In this document: positions 38,193 through 47,358 of the stretch, piece by piece
Numbering within the stretch: the stretch's first letter is position 1
Layout: every line of letters begins with the position of its first letter
Source: a bacterium
GTDB taxonomy: Bacteria; UBP14; UBA6098; JAFGQG01
NCBI GenBank assembly: GCA_016930435.1
Contig: JAFGGQ010000096.1
Location: 2,662 to 66,661, forward strand
Length of the DNA: 64,000 nucleotides
Direction: 5' to 3'
Made by a program: the position numbers and the translations under genes
Notes under the pieces: generated by a model
The model's input: the letters and a program-made list of their open reading frames with translations, nothing else
Told to the model about the DNA's origin: nothing
The model's database searches: none

Positions 38193-41100
38193 ATGATTCC
38201 GAAAAAAAACATGCCCATTATAAAGCTCTTTTGGGGGATTCTGTTTTGTCTAATAACCTCATTGATTTTGCCAGCCCTGCTGTTTTCCCGTGATCTGCCT
38301 GGCGGGGAATTCCCGGAAGGGATAGCCCGATCAATGGAGGCCTTAAGCGCGACCGGAGCACGTTATCTGATCATAACCCCGGACACTTATGCCGATGAGA
38401 TACAGCCCCTCGCCGAGTGGAAACACAAAAAAGGGATGCAATGCCGTATCGTTACACTATCCGAAGTAGGGGGATCCGATACCGCATCCATCCATAATTA
38501 TATCCGGAATGCCTATAATAACTGGGAGGTCCGTCCGGAATTTTTATTGCTGGTGGGAAATGGCCCTGCCCTGCCCTATAAATACGGTTGCTGCACCTCA
38601 TACGGTGGCTATTACGGGGACTGGTATTACGCCAATATTGACGCCGATATCGAAGCCGAAATATATGTCGGACGCTTTTCATCGGAAACCTCCGGTGATG
38701 TGACCATACAGGTAAATAAAACCCTGGGTTACGAACGCACACCCCTGATGTCCGAAACAAACTGGTACCTTAAGGGGACAGTGATCGTCAGGTACGATGG
38801 GGACTGGGATGATACCATCTATGTCAATGATATTAACTTCGCAGCTTCCCAGATGCGTTCTTACGGGTACACCCATATTGATACTTTCAATAGTTCCGAT
38901 GATGACCGGGCCGATGTGGAGGCGGCAGTTCAGAACGGGAGAACCTTTGTACTTTTTCGGGGTCAGGGCACCAGCAACTGGTGGAACCCCTTTAATGTCA
39001 TTTATGATAATACCAATAACGGTTACAAGCTGCCCATAGTTATTTCACCGACCTGCCACATGATCAATTCGGGAAGTTACGAAGAGGCTGGAGAGTATTG
39101 GATGCGCGCTTGTGACGGAACTACCCCTGAGGGCTCGGTTGGCTTTCTGGGCACAACCAGTACTATGTCCAATGCGGCGCATCTTCGGTCCCGGATTGCC
39201 CGGGGATTTTTTCAGGGGGCTTTTGCCGATAACATACTTCATTACGGAGCGGCCTGTGAAGCCGCCAGGCTAAGGACACTTTACGAATGGGGGGATACCG
39301 CGGATTATGAGAGTTTTATCACCCTCGGTGATCCGGAACTCAATATGTGGACTGCGGTTCCCCGTACTATGGTGGTGACACATGCTGCGGAGGTACCTAT
39401 CGGTCCCAGCAGTTTCAATATTAATGTTACCGTGGGCGGCAGCCCGGTTAATAACGCCCTGGTCTGTGTGCTGATGGACACCGTCGTCTATGAATACGGT
39501 TATACCAATGCCAGCGGGAACCTGAATCTGAGCATCAATCCCGCGGCGCCCGGAACTCTCTGGGTTACGGTTACCGCGCGGAATTGCCATCCCTATGAGG
39601 GCTTTGCCCAGACCATCCTTGCCGGGGTTTTTCTCACCTATGAATCACATATTTTATACGATAGTGATTTCGGCAACGGCGACGGATTAGTAAATCCCGG
39701 AGAGACTATTGAAATAACCCTGGGGCTTCGCAATATAGGTACTTCAACAGCAGAGGGCGTGCAGGCCAAGTTGCGTTGCTCCGATCCATACGTAACCCTG
39801 ATCGATAGCAATTCCACCTTCCCAAATATCCCTCCCGATGCATCACGGAACTCCAATTCCCGCTATTCGTTTCTGCTATCACCTGACTGTCCCGGCGGGC
39901 ACCTGTTGCCCTTCACGGTACATGCCCGGAACGGTTCCGATGAAACATGGAACTCCTCCCAGCCCAATATCCTGGTATCCACCGCCGAATTCGCCTACCT
40001 AAGTGAAACTATCGACGATTCTCCGCCTGCTGGTAATAACAACGGAAACCTTAATCCCGGAGAGTTCATCACCTTCACGGTCAACCTGGAAAATAACGGC
40101 CAGAGCCGCTTCGATAATGTTCGGGCGACGCTGACCACTGAGGATAGCTTTATTGTAATAGTGGATCCCACGGCGGAATACGGTCAGATACTGGCTGGTA
40201 ATTCGCGCGAGAATACAGATGATCCATTCAGGTTCAGCGTATATGGAGGCACTCCGGCAGGCTATGGGGTTACACTTATTCTGGAGTTGTTGGGCGAATG
40301 CGGTACCTACTCCGTTGATGATACCTTCGAGATCATTTTAACCATTGCCAACCTGGGCACCGGATTGCCCACAGGACCCGATTCATACGGATATTGGGCT
40401 TTCGATAATACGGATACCGCCTTTTCCGAAGCGCCAGTATATAACTGGATGGAGATCGGAAGCGGGGGATCCGGAACGACTATCGCTGCAATTACCAACG
40501 CCGACGATCAGATTACCAATATTTCCATACCCTTCTGGTTCAAATATTACGGTGTTTGGTATAATACTATCAGTGTTTGCTCCAATGGTTTCGCCGCATT
40601 AGGCTCGGAATCCTGGTCCGGAGGTGGCGCTGCTGGTCATGAAAGACCGATTCCCAACGTGGGAGAAGCGAGCAAAATCCTTGCCGGATACTGGGACGAC
40701 CTTAACCCGTCCGCTGAGGGAGATATTTACCAGTACCATGATGAAACCAACCACCGGTTTATCATTGAGTATGACGGCGTTTGCCATTATGGTTATCCAT
40801 CATATCTGGAAAGCTTTCAAATCATCCTTTACGACCCCAGTCACCACCCCACACCGACGGGGGATGGACTAATCGTTTTTCAGTATCAGGATCTGGACGC
40901 CACAAATGATTGTACTGTGGGTATCGAAGATCATACTGAAGCGGACGGCATAGAGTATGTTTACCGGGGCGATTATGATGTCCATGCCGCCGTGCTTACA
41001 AATGGCCGGGCTATTAAATTCACCACCTCCCCACCCTCCGGCGGAGAAGCGCCCTGGCTCTTCTACTTAGATAAAGATATTAACGATAATTCCGGGGGGA

Positions 41101-41708
41101 ATAACAACGGCTTTGCCGAGGTAGGAGAGGATATCCAGCTCACGGTTCACCTCGAAAATCTTGGGGAAGCTGCAGCCTCATTGACCACCGGGACCCTGCG
41201 AGTGAACAGCTCCATGGTAACCATTATAGACTCTACGGCTAATTTCGGTAATATCCCGGCAGATGCAATCAACTCCAACTCCGATAATCCCTTCATCATC
41301 CATGTCAACAATATTCCCGCAGATACCTTCATTGTTCTCAACCTATATATTACGGCCAATCTGGGTAGCTATCATACACTTGTTTATTTCGACCTGCCCC
41401 TTTATATAGCCGTGGGTATCGGCGAAGGAGAAATCAAACTGCCGGAAAGCTATTGTTTAGACCAGAATTACCCCAATCCCTTCAATTCCCAGACATCTTT
41501 CTCCTATGCAATCCCTGTAAGCTCTAAGGTCACCATCACTATTTACAATCTGCTCGGGGAGACTATTGAAGAGACGATTATAAAGGAGCAACCGGCCGGG
41601 CGATACGGTTACCAGTGGAACGCAGCGGAATTGCCGACCGGGATATACTATTACCGGCTATCAGCCCGTAATTTCTCCGAAACCCGAAGAATGTTGTTGA
41701 TGAAATAA
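38193..41708 (+). CDS. C25 (gingipain-like) cysteine peptidase family protein with T9SS C-terminal sorting domain
   Basis: N-terminal ...YLIITPDTYADEIQPLAEWKHKKGMQC...PEFLLLVGNG... gingipain propeptide/catalytic-domain pattern; 1171 aa; C-terminal ...NYPNPFNSQTSFSYAIP...GIYYYRL... CTD. Confidence 0.75.
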   Translation: MIPKKNMPIIKLFWGILFCLITSLILPALLFSRDLPGGEFPEGIARSMEALSATGARYLIITPDTYADEIQPLAEWKHKKGMQCRIVTLSEVGGSDTASIHNYIRNAYNNWEVRPEFLLLVGNGPALPYKYGCCTSYGGYYGDWYYANIDADIEAEIYVGRFSSETSGDVTIQVNKTLGYERTPLMSETNWYLKGTVIVRYDGDWDDTIYVNDINFAASQMRSYGYTHIDTFNSSDDDRADVEAAVQNGRTFVLFRGQGTSNWWNPFNVIYDNTNNGYKLPIVISPTCHMINSGSYEEAGEYWMRACDGTTPEGSVGFLGTTSTMSNAAHLRSRIARGFFQGAFADNILHYGAACEAARLRTLYEWGDTADYESFITLGDPELNMWTAVPRTMVVTHAAEVPIGPSSFNINVTVGGSPVNNALVCVLMDTVVYEYGYTNASGNLNLSINPAAPGTLWVTVTARNCHPYEGFAQTILAGVFLTYESHILYDSDFGNGDGLVNPGETIEITLGLRNIGTSTAEGVQAKLRCSDPYVTLIDSNSTFPNIPPDASRNSNSRYSFLLSPDCPGGHLLPFTVHARNGSDETWNSSQPNILVSTAEFAYLSETIDDSPPAGNNNGNLNPGEFITFTVNLENNGQSRFDNVRATLTTEDSFIVIVDPTAEYGQILAGNSRENTDDPFRFSVYGGTPAGYGVTLILELLGECGTYSVDDTFEIILTIANLGTGLPTGPDSYGYWAFDNTDTAFSEAPVYNWMEIGSGGSGTTIAAITNADDQITNISIPFWFKYYGVWYNTISVCSNGFAALGSESWSGGGAAGHERPIPNVGEASKILAGYWDDLNPSAEGDIYQYHDETNHRFIIEYDGVCHYGYPSYLESFQIILYDPSHHPTPTGDGLIVFQYQDLDATNDCTVGIEDHTEADGIEYVYRGDYDVHAAVLTNGRAIKFTTSPPSGGEAPWLFYLDKDINDNSGGNNNGFAEVGEDIQLTVHLENLGEAAASLTTGTLRVNSSMVTIIDSTANFGNIPADAINSNSDNPFIIHVNNIPADTFIVLNLYITANLGSYHTLVYFDLPLYIAVGIGEGEIKLPESYCLDQNYPNPFNSQTSFSYAIPVSSKVTITIYNLLGETIEETIIKEQPAGRYGYQWNAAELPTGIYYYRLSARNFSETRRMLLMK

Positions 41709-41800
41709 AAGATATACATTATAATAAAATTAGTTTAAAACTTGAGCTTTATATTTATCTTTAGACAAGGAACTTCTTTTCACTAATCAAGGAGCGGGAT

Positions 41801-42328
41801 ATGAATAAAAACTATTTGACTTCGTCTTTGCTGGGGGGATTGGTGCTTGGCCTGTTATCTTCAATTCCCTATTTGAACATGGGAAACATCTTTTGTTGCT
41901 TATGGGTGGTCCTTGGTGGCGCTTTGGCCGCCTATCTTTTCTGGGGAGAATCCAAGCGGATCACATCCGGCCAGGGTGCCTTTGCTGGATTTTTAGCGGG
42001 TATGTGGGGTGCGCTGGTATCTGCCATACTTAACACTGTGATGTGGACCTTTCTTTCCGAAACCTATATGTCCAAAATGTTCCGGATCTTCCAGGACCAG
42101 GACATTCCCGCAGAAAGTATGGAAATTATCAACCGTATATTCCAGGGCAACCCCGTGATCATTGGGGCTATAACCTTAGTTTCTAATCTTATCATAAATG
42201 CAATTTTCGCCACACTTGGGGGATTGATCTGTGCGGCAATCTTGAAAAAGAAGAATCCCCCTGTAGTTATTAACGTACAGCAACCGCCTCAACCTCCCCA
42301 ATTTCCTACAGAACCCCCCAGGGAATAA
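41801..42328 (+). CDS. hypothetical membrane protein (DUF4199-like)
   Basis: 4 hydrophobic helices, Pro/Gln-rich C-terminal tail. Confidence 0.45.
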   Translation: MNKNYLTSSLLGGLVLGLLSSIPYLNMGNIFCCLWVVLGGALAAYLFWGESKRITSGQGAFAGFLAGMWGALVSAILNTVMWTFLSETYMSKMFRIFQDQDIPAESMEIINRIFQGNPVIIGAITLVSNLIINAIFATLGGLICAAILKKKNPPVVINVQQPPQPPQFPTEPPRE

Positions 42329-42379
42329 GGATAATGTAAAACGGGCAAGGATCAGCAATTAGCAGGAATGCTTTTTAGG

Positions 42380-42600
42380 GAAAATTTCAAGAACCAATTG
42401 TCTCATAAGGATTCTAATGTTAATTCATAGATGAGGGGGTTGGCGGGATTTTTGATGCGTTAGCGGTCGAAAATCGTGCCAACCCGGGGTGCGGGTTGAA
42501 ATTAGGATATGTTTGTTCCCAGCAATTCGTGGGGGGGATATGTCCTACTCAACTGAAGAGTTGAGGTTAGGCAAAAGGGGGAGGGAATAGTAATAATTCA
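42380..42600. repeat. G-tract-rich hairpin cluster upstream of DUF559 gene
   Basis: Long imperfect hairpin GGTTGGCGGGATTTT...AAAATCGTGCCAACC; perfect hairpin CTCAACT-gaag-AGTTGAG; G runs GAGGGGG, GTGGGGGGG, AAGGGGGAGGGAA. Confidence 0.5.
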
Positions 42601-42709
42601 AAAAAACCTTGCAATTAATAAAAATTTGAATAATAATTTTAGTAAATAAGCATATTATTTTCCCAACCAACCTCATACACAGTTGAAGGAACAAAGGTGA
42701 TAAAAACCA

Positions 42710-43063
42710 ATGAAACCCCGCTCAACTGAAGAACACAAAAAAGTTCGAAGGGAATTTCGAAAAAATCCAACACCTGCAGAAGAAGAACTCTGGAAGCACC
42801 TACGTAAAAAACAATTAAAAGGGTATAAGTTCAGGAGGCAACATCCAGTAAAGGGTAAGTTCATCCTCGATTTTTACTGTCCTATAAAAAAACTTGCAAT
42901 TGGACTTGATGGTCCGATACATAGATTTACAAAGAAAGAAGATAAGGAACGGCAAGAACTAATCGAGTCGATTGGTATCAAAGTAGTAAGGTTTAAAAAC
43001 CGGGATGTCTTTGATAGGGTGGAATGGATTTTGGAGAAGATTGTGAATGCTTTAGAGGGGTGA
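42710..43063 (+). CDS. DUF559 endonuclease-domain protein (Vsr-like fold)
   Basis: ...GYKFRRQHPVKGKFILDFYCP...KLAIGLDGPIH... DUF559 pattern. Confidence 0.7.
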   Translation: MKPRSTEEHKKVRREFRKNPTPAEEELWKHLRKKQLKGYKFRRQHPVKGKFILDFYCPIKKLAIGLDGPIHRFTKKEDKERQELIESIGIKVVRFKNRDVFDRVEWILEKIVNALEG

Positions 43064-43494
43064 AGTGTGTTTTACCCCCCCCCTTCGTAACGTATTACTG
43101 CTTCAGTCCTTACACCTTGACCCCCACTACCCCGTGAGATAAATAAAATATAATTGGTGTGATCTGTTTACTATTTTGTTTCCAGATTATCTTTATCAAC
43201 TTTTCGAGAACAAATCTATCTCACAGGGCAAGTTAGGGGGGGAGGGAAGGAGATTGATGTTAGAATTGTTTTTGGGGTTTCTTTCTGTTTACCCCCCTTC
43301 CGTCTCCGATATTCATCGGAGCCACCTTCCCCCACGGATTGTGGGAGGGGAAAGAAGTTGGGATATTTATTACATTAAGTATATTGATTTTATTTACTGG
43401 GAATCCTTGTTTCCCCCAATGCGTGGGGGAAAATGCCCGAAGGGCAAAAGGGGGGAGAAAAAACAAATAAACACACAAAATACTACATTTTTTC
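43064..43494. repeat. C-tract/G-tract-rich, hairpin-dense noncoding region
   Basis: Runs C9 (43075-43083), G7, C6, C5, G5; 31-bp imperfect inverted repeat 43111-43141 / 43220-43250; perfect hairpins CTCCGAT-attc-ATCGGAG and TTTCCCCCA-atgcg-TGGGGGAAA; GCAAAAGGGGGGAG (43463) is a direct repeat of GCAAAAGGGGGAG (42569). Confidence 0.5.
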
Positions 43495-43524
43495 TTGATC
43501 TTGTCCCCAAAATCTTATATTATT
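43495..43524 (+). promoter_or_regulatory. candidate promoter of the DUF2281-mazF operon (TTGATC-N15-TATATT)
   Basis: Hexamers read from sequence; GGAGG at 43538-43542, ATG at 43550. Confidence 0.3.
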
Positions 43525-43549
43525 ATTTTTACAGCATGGAGGTAACATA

Positions 43550-43777
43550 ATGAAAATAAAAGAGAAAATTAGTGAAAACATCGATAAACTACCTGAAAAT
43601 TTCCAATCAGAAGTATTAGATTTTGTTGAATACCTTTTAAGCAAATCCACGGGCAATATGATCTTGGAACAAAATAATGATTGGTCGAACTTCTCTCTTG
43701 CTTCCGCAATGCGTGGGATGGAAGATGAAAAAACTCCTGATTATAGTGAAGAAGACATCAAGGTGAAGTTCACATGA
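43550..43777 (+). CDS. DUF2281-like antitoxin
   Basis: MKIKEKISENIDKLPENFQSEVLDFVEYLLSK... ; 4-nt ATGA overlap with downstream toxin gene. Confidence 0.55.
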   Translation: MKIKEKISENIDKLPENFQSEVLDFVEYLLSKSTGNMILEQNNDWSNFSLASAMRGMEDEKTPDYSEEDIKVKFT

Positions 43778-44118
43778 AAAAACCCGGTCAGGTTATACTA
43801 TTCGAATTTCCACAAACCAATCTCAAACAAGGGAATCTTCGCCCCGCTTTATTAGTAAGCAAATTACCGGGGCAATATGATGACTGGTTAATGTGTATGA
43901 TTTCGACACAAACCCAGCATTATATTAAGGACTTCGATGAATTAATACAATTTGATGATCCTGATTATAAGCTATCGGGCTTGAAAGATCCAAGTATAAT
44001 CAGGGTCGAACGGCTTGCAGTCGTTAATGCTGATATTCTTCTGGGCGCAATTGGGGAAATTAGCGCAGAAAGACTTCGGCGTGTCAAAACACATCTTTCC
44101 GAATGGATCATGCAATAA
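43774..44118 (+). CDS. type II toxin, PemK/MazF family
   Basis: ...GQVILFEFPQTNLKQGNLRPALLVSKL...CMISTQTQ... MazF/PemK core. Confidence 0.8.
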   Translation: MKKPGQVILFEFPQTNLKQGNLRPALLVSKLPGQYDDWLMCMISTQTQHYIKDFDELIQFDDPDYKLSGLKDPSIIRVERLAVVNADILLGAIGEISAERLRRVKTHLSEWIMQ

Positions 44119-44317
44119 CAAAAATATATACGATATTTTGTGCTGTGGTTTTTATTACTATTTCAGTAATTGTTCTTTTACCCTCCCCCTCAGACAACTT
44201 CCCACCTTATTACTTGAGAAATCTTATATAAATCGAGTAGATTTTACTTATTTTCCAATTCACTAAGGCGTTGCAATCAATATTTGAGATTGATTTTATA
44301 TTTTCAATTTGATTCTA

Positions 44318-47300
44318 TTATCTTTCCAATAAGCGGTAGAGCACCGGTACAACGATCAGGGTAAGGAGGGTGGAGGTGGTCAATCCCCCGATAATAGCCC
44401 AGCCCATAGGTGCCCAGATACTGCCTCCCTGAAGGGTCAGTGGAAGCAACCCCCCAATGGTGGTGGCGGTAGTTAGCAATATGGGCGTGAACCGAGTTTC
44501 CCCGGCGCTCTTTAAAGCAGCCTCGATATTCATTCCAGTCCTACGGAGTTGATTTGTATAATCAACAAGAATAATTGAATTATTAACTACGATCCCCACC
44601 AATGAGGTCAGTCCCACGAATGCCATGAAGGAAAAGCTATTTCCGGTTACCAGCAGGGCCAGAATAGACCCAATCAACGCCAGGGGAACCGCCATGAAAA
44701 CGATTAACGGCTGCCTGAAAGAGCGAAACTGCAGCACCAGGATAGCAAAGATCGCTATTATAGCGATTATAATGGCCTTAAATAATCCTCCAAATGAGGC
44801 AATTCGCTCCTCCATCTCTCCACCCATAGAATAGCGATACCCGTCCGGCCAGGGATATTCATCCAATTCCCGGATGATATTCCGGGTTAACAAATCCGTT
44901 GAGAATCCCCGGGCTACATCTGCAGTTATAGCCACATTCCGCTCACTGAAGTAATGGGATATCTCCAGTGGACTTTCCGAAAATTCAATAGTAGCCAATT
45001 GAGAAATTGGAATGAGCCGCCCTGCCAGGGAAGTAACATAAACCCTCTTCAGATTTTCGATGTTAAGCGCGCTATCAGGGGAAGATTTTACTATCAGTGG
45101 ATAGGACTTACCGTTGCGGTCCCGGAATTCGGTGATTGGCAATCCCACCAGGCTTAACCTTACCGTCCTGTCAATTTCGGAAAGAGGCACCCCAAGCATC
45201 CCAGCTTTCTCCCTGTTAATATTGATTTTTAGATCGGTGCGGCCGGAGCTGAGTGGATTCTGAACGTTTATAGTTCCCTCTTGCCCGGCCACAATCCCCT
45301 CGATTTCCGTGGAGATTCTTTTGAGCACGGCATAATCATCACCCAGCAGGCGGACATGGATAGGGGCGATAATAGGTGGGCCTTGTTCCAATTCCCGTAC
45401 CCGTATCCGGGCTCCGGGAAGTGCCCGGTAAGTATCACGCAGGGAAACCACCAGCCTTTCGTAAACCCCCTTATCACGGGTGTTCAACTCCACAAATAGC
45501 TGCGCATGAGAGCTTTTCTTCCTCGATGTCATAATGTTATAGTATAACCGTGGATTGCCATGGCCGATGTTGGCAGCCACCGTCTTGATCTCAGGCCTTG
45601 CAAGCAGGTCAGCTTCAATCTCCCGTGCCAGGGAATCGGTTTGAGCCATACTGCTTCCCTGAGGAAGATCGATGTTCACAAAAAATTGGGGCTTTTCAGC
45701 CTTAGGGAAAAAACTAACCCCCACCAGTGGAGATAAACCCAAACTGGTCAGAAACAAAAACAGGGCAATTAGTATCGTTCGCCAGGGATGATCCAAAGAA
45801 TAACCCAGAACCTGGCGATACCTTTTCTCTATAAAAATATTCAGTTTTTTCCTGAACCATGTTTCCCTTGTTGCTCCGGTAACCCGGACGTATTTCTGGG
45901 TAAGAAACGGGGTAAGAACCAGGGATATTAAAAGCGAGGCGGAGAGGGTATAGACTACGGTAACGGGGAGACTGCGAATAAAATCACCGGTCTTATCGCT
46001 GATAAGAATGATTGGTATGAAGGCAAATACCGTGGTGGCGGTTGCGGATGCTAACGCCCAGGCTACTTCCGAGGTCCCGGCGATAACCGCTTCTTTGGGA
46101 CCTGATCCCAGGCGCATGAAGCGGGTAGAATTCTCGGTCACCACAATAGCATTATCCACCAGCAGGCCCAGGGCGATCACCAACCCGGCAATGGAAACCT
46201 GCTGCAGTCCGTATCCGGTGAGATCCACGAATCCTATAGCGATCAATATGGATGTGGGAATAGCGGTCATAACCACAGAGGATGCCCGAACCCCCACGGC
46301 CAAGAAAATCACAACGCCCACCAGAATAATACCCTGAATAAGATTCCAGAAAAAACCCTGAATCCGGTATGATACACTTTGGGACTGGTCGAATACAACC
46401 TGAAGGGCCATCGACGAAGGAAGGTTTTTCTCAAATCTACCGATCACCGGTCTCAACCCCCGAAATATCTTGAAGATATTGCTACCCGGTTTCTGGGCAG
46501 CCGTAATGAAAACGCAACGCTGGCCATTTAGTCGGGCATGATAGGGATCGGACTCGTAGCCCATACTGACCTTTGCAACTTCTTTGAGCTGGACTATCTT
46601 TGCTCCCCCGGCTTGAATCACCGTATTTTCGATCTCCTCCAAAGATCGATAAGGGCCACTGGTCTCCACATTGAACCGCTTGGAACCCAATTCAACATAA
46701 CCCCCTGGTATATTGGCATTAGCCTCCTGAATAGCGCCCAAAACCTGGTTCAGTGGGATTTTTAACACCCCTAATTTGGGGAGATCTAAAAATACCTGAA
46801 CCTGCTGCTCCGGTATGGCCCAAAGGCCCACTTTCATCACACCCGGTACCTTTTCCATTTCCCTTTTTATCGTCTCCGCCTTTTTTTCAAGTTCACGGTA
46901 TGAAGCCGATTCCGAACATAGAGCCAGTTGCAGAATATGAACGTCGGAAATTGTCCAGGCTATTATTTCCAGGTGAGACAAATCATCAGGCAATTCGGAG
47001 CGAACCCCATTTACCTTCTGGGAAACCTCATCATATTTTTCGTTGGCGTCAGTTTTTGATTCAAACTCAACATTTATATAGGCTAATCCGTCAAAGGCAT
47101 AAGACTCCAGATGATTGATATCCTCAAGTTCATTGATAGCGGATTCAAGGGGTTCCAGTACTAATTGCTCCAGATCAAAGGAATTTGCCCCGGGGTACAC
47201 TACTATCACCGTTGTTCCCGGAGGCTGAACCATAGGGTCCTCACTCTTGGGCATTGTTATAAATGAGGCTATCCCCGAAAATAGCAGGATACAGATGAAA

Positions 47301-47347
47301 ATAATGGTGAACTGACGGTTCTCAATAGCGAATCGGGGTATGTTCAT
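44318..47347 (-). CDS. efflux RND transporter permease subunit (AcrB/CzcA-like)
   Basis: 1009 aa, 12 TM with two large periplasmic loops, conserved RND motifs. Confidence 0.9.
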   Translation of the reverse strand: MNIPRFAIENRQFTIIFICILLFSGIASFITMPKSEDPMVQPPGTTVIVVYPGANSFDLEQLVLEPLESAINELEDINHLESYAFDGLAYINVEFESKTDANEKYDEVSQKVNGVRSELPDDLSHLEIIAWTISDVHILQLALCSESASYRELEKKAETIKREMEKVPGVMKVGLWAIPEQQVQVFLDLPKLGVLKIPLNQVLGAIQEANANIPGGYVELGSKRFNVETSGPYRSLEEIENTVIQAGGAKIVQLKEVAKVSMGYESDPYHARLNGQRCVFITAAQKPGSNIFKIFRGLRPVIGRFEKNLPSSMALQVVFDQSQSVSYRIQGFFWNLIQGIILVGVVIFLAVGVRASSVVMTAIPTSILIAIGFVDLTGYGLQQVSIAGLVIALGLLVDNAIVVTENSTRFMRLGSGPKEAVIAGTSEVAWALASATATTVFAFIPIILISDKTGDFIRSLPVTVVYTLSASLLISLVLTPFLTQKYVRVTGATRETWFRKKLNIFIEKRYRQVLGYSLDHPWRTILIALFLFLTSLGLSPLVGVSFFPKAEKPQFFVNIDLPQGSSMAQTDSLAREIEADLLARPEIKTVAANIGHGNPRLYYNIMTSRKKSSHAQLFVELNTRDKGVYERLVVSLRDTYRALPGARIRVRELEQGPPIIAPIHVRLLGDDYAVLKRISTEIEGIVAGQEGTINVQNPLSSGRTDLKININREKAGMLGVPLSEIDRTVRLSLVGLPITEFRDRNGKSYPLIVKSSPDSALNIENLKRVYVTSLAGRLIPISQLATIEFSESPLEISHYFSERNVAITADVARGFSTDLLTRNIIRELDEYPWPDGYRYSMGGEMEERIASFGGLFKAIIIAIIAIFAILVLQFRSFRQPLIVFMAVPLALIGSILALLVTGNSFSFMAFVGLTSLVGIVVNNSIILVDYTNQLRRTGMNIEAALKSAGETRFTPILLTTATTIGGLLPLTLQGGSIWAPMGWAIIGGLTTSTLLTLIVVPVLYRLLER

Positions 47348-47358
47348 TCCCTTCCCCT

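Noticed and set aside
43176-43550. ORFs 43176..43550 (+) and 43260..43478 (-) within the G/C-tract region
   Set aside because: Their composition is driven by the homopolymer tracts (P/G/K-rich), they have no start context, and they overlap perfect hairpins. They are treated as noncoding.
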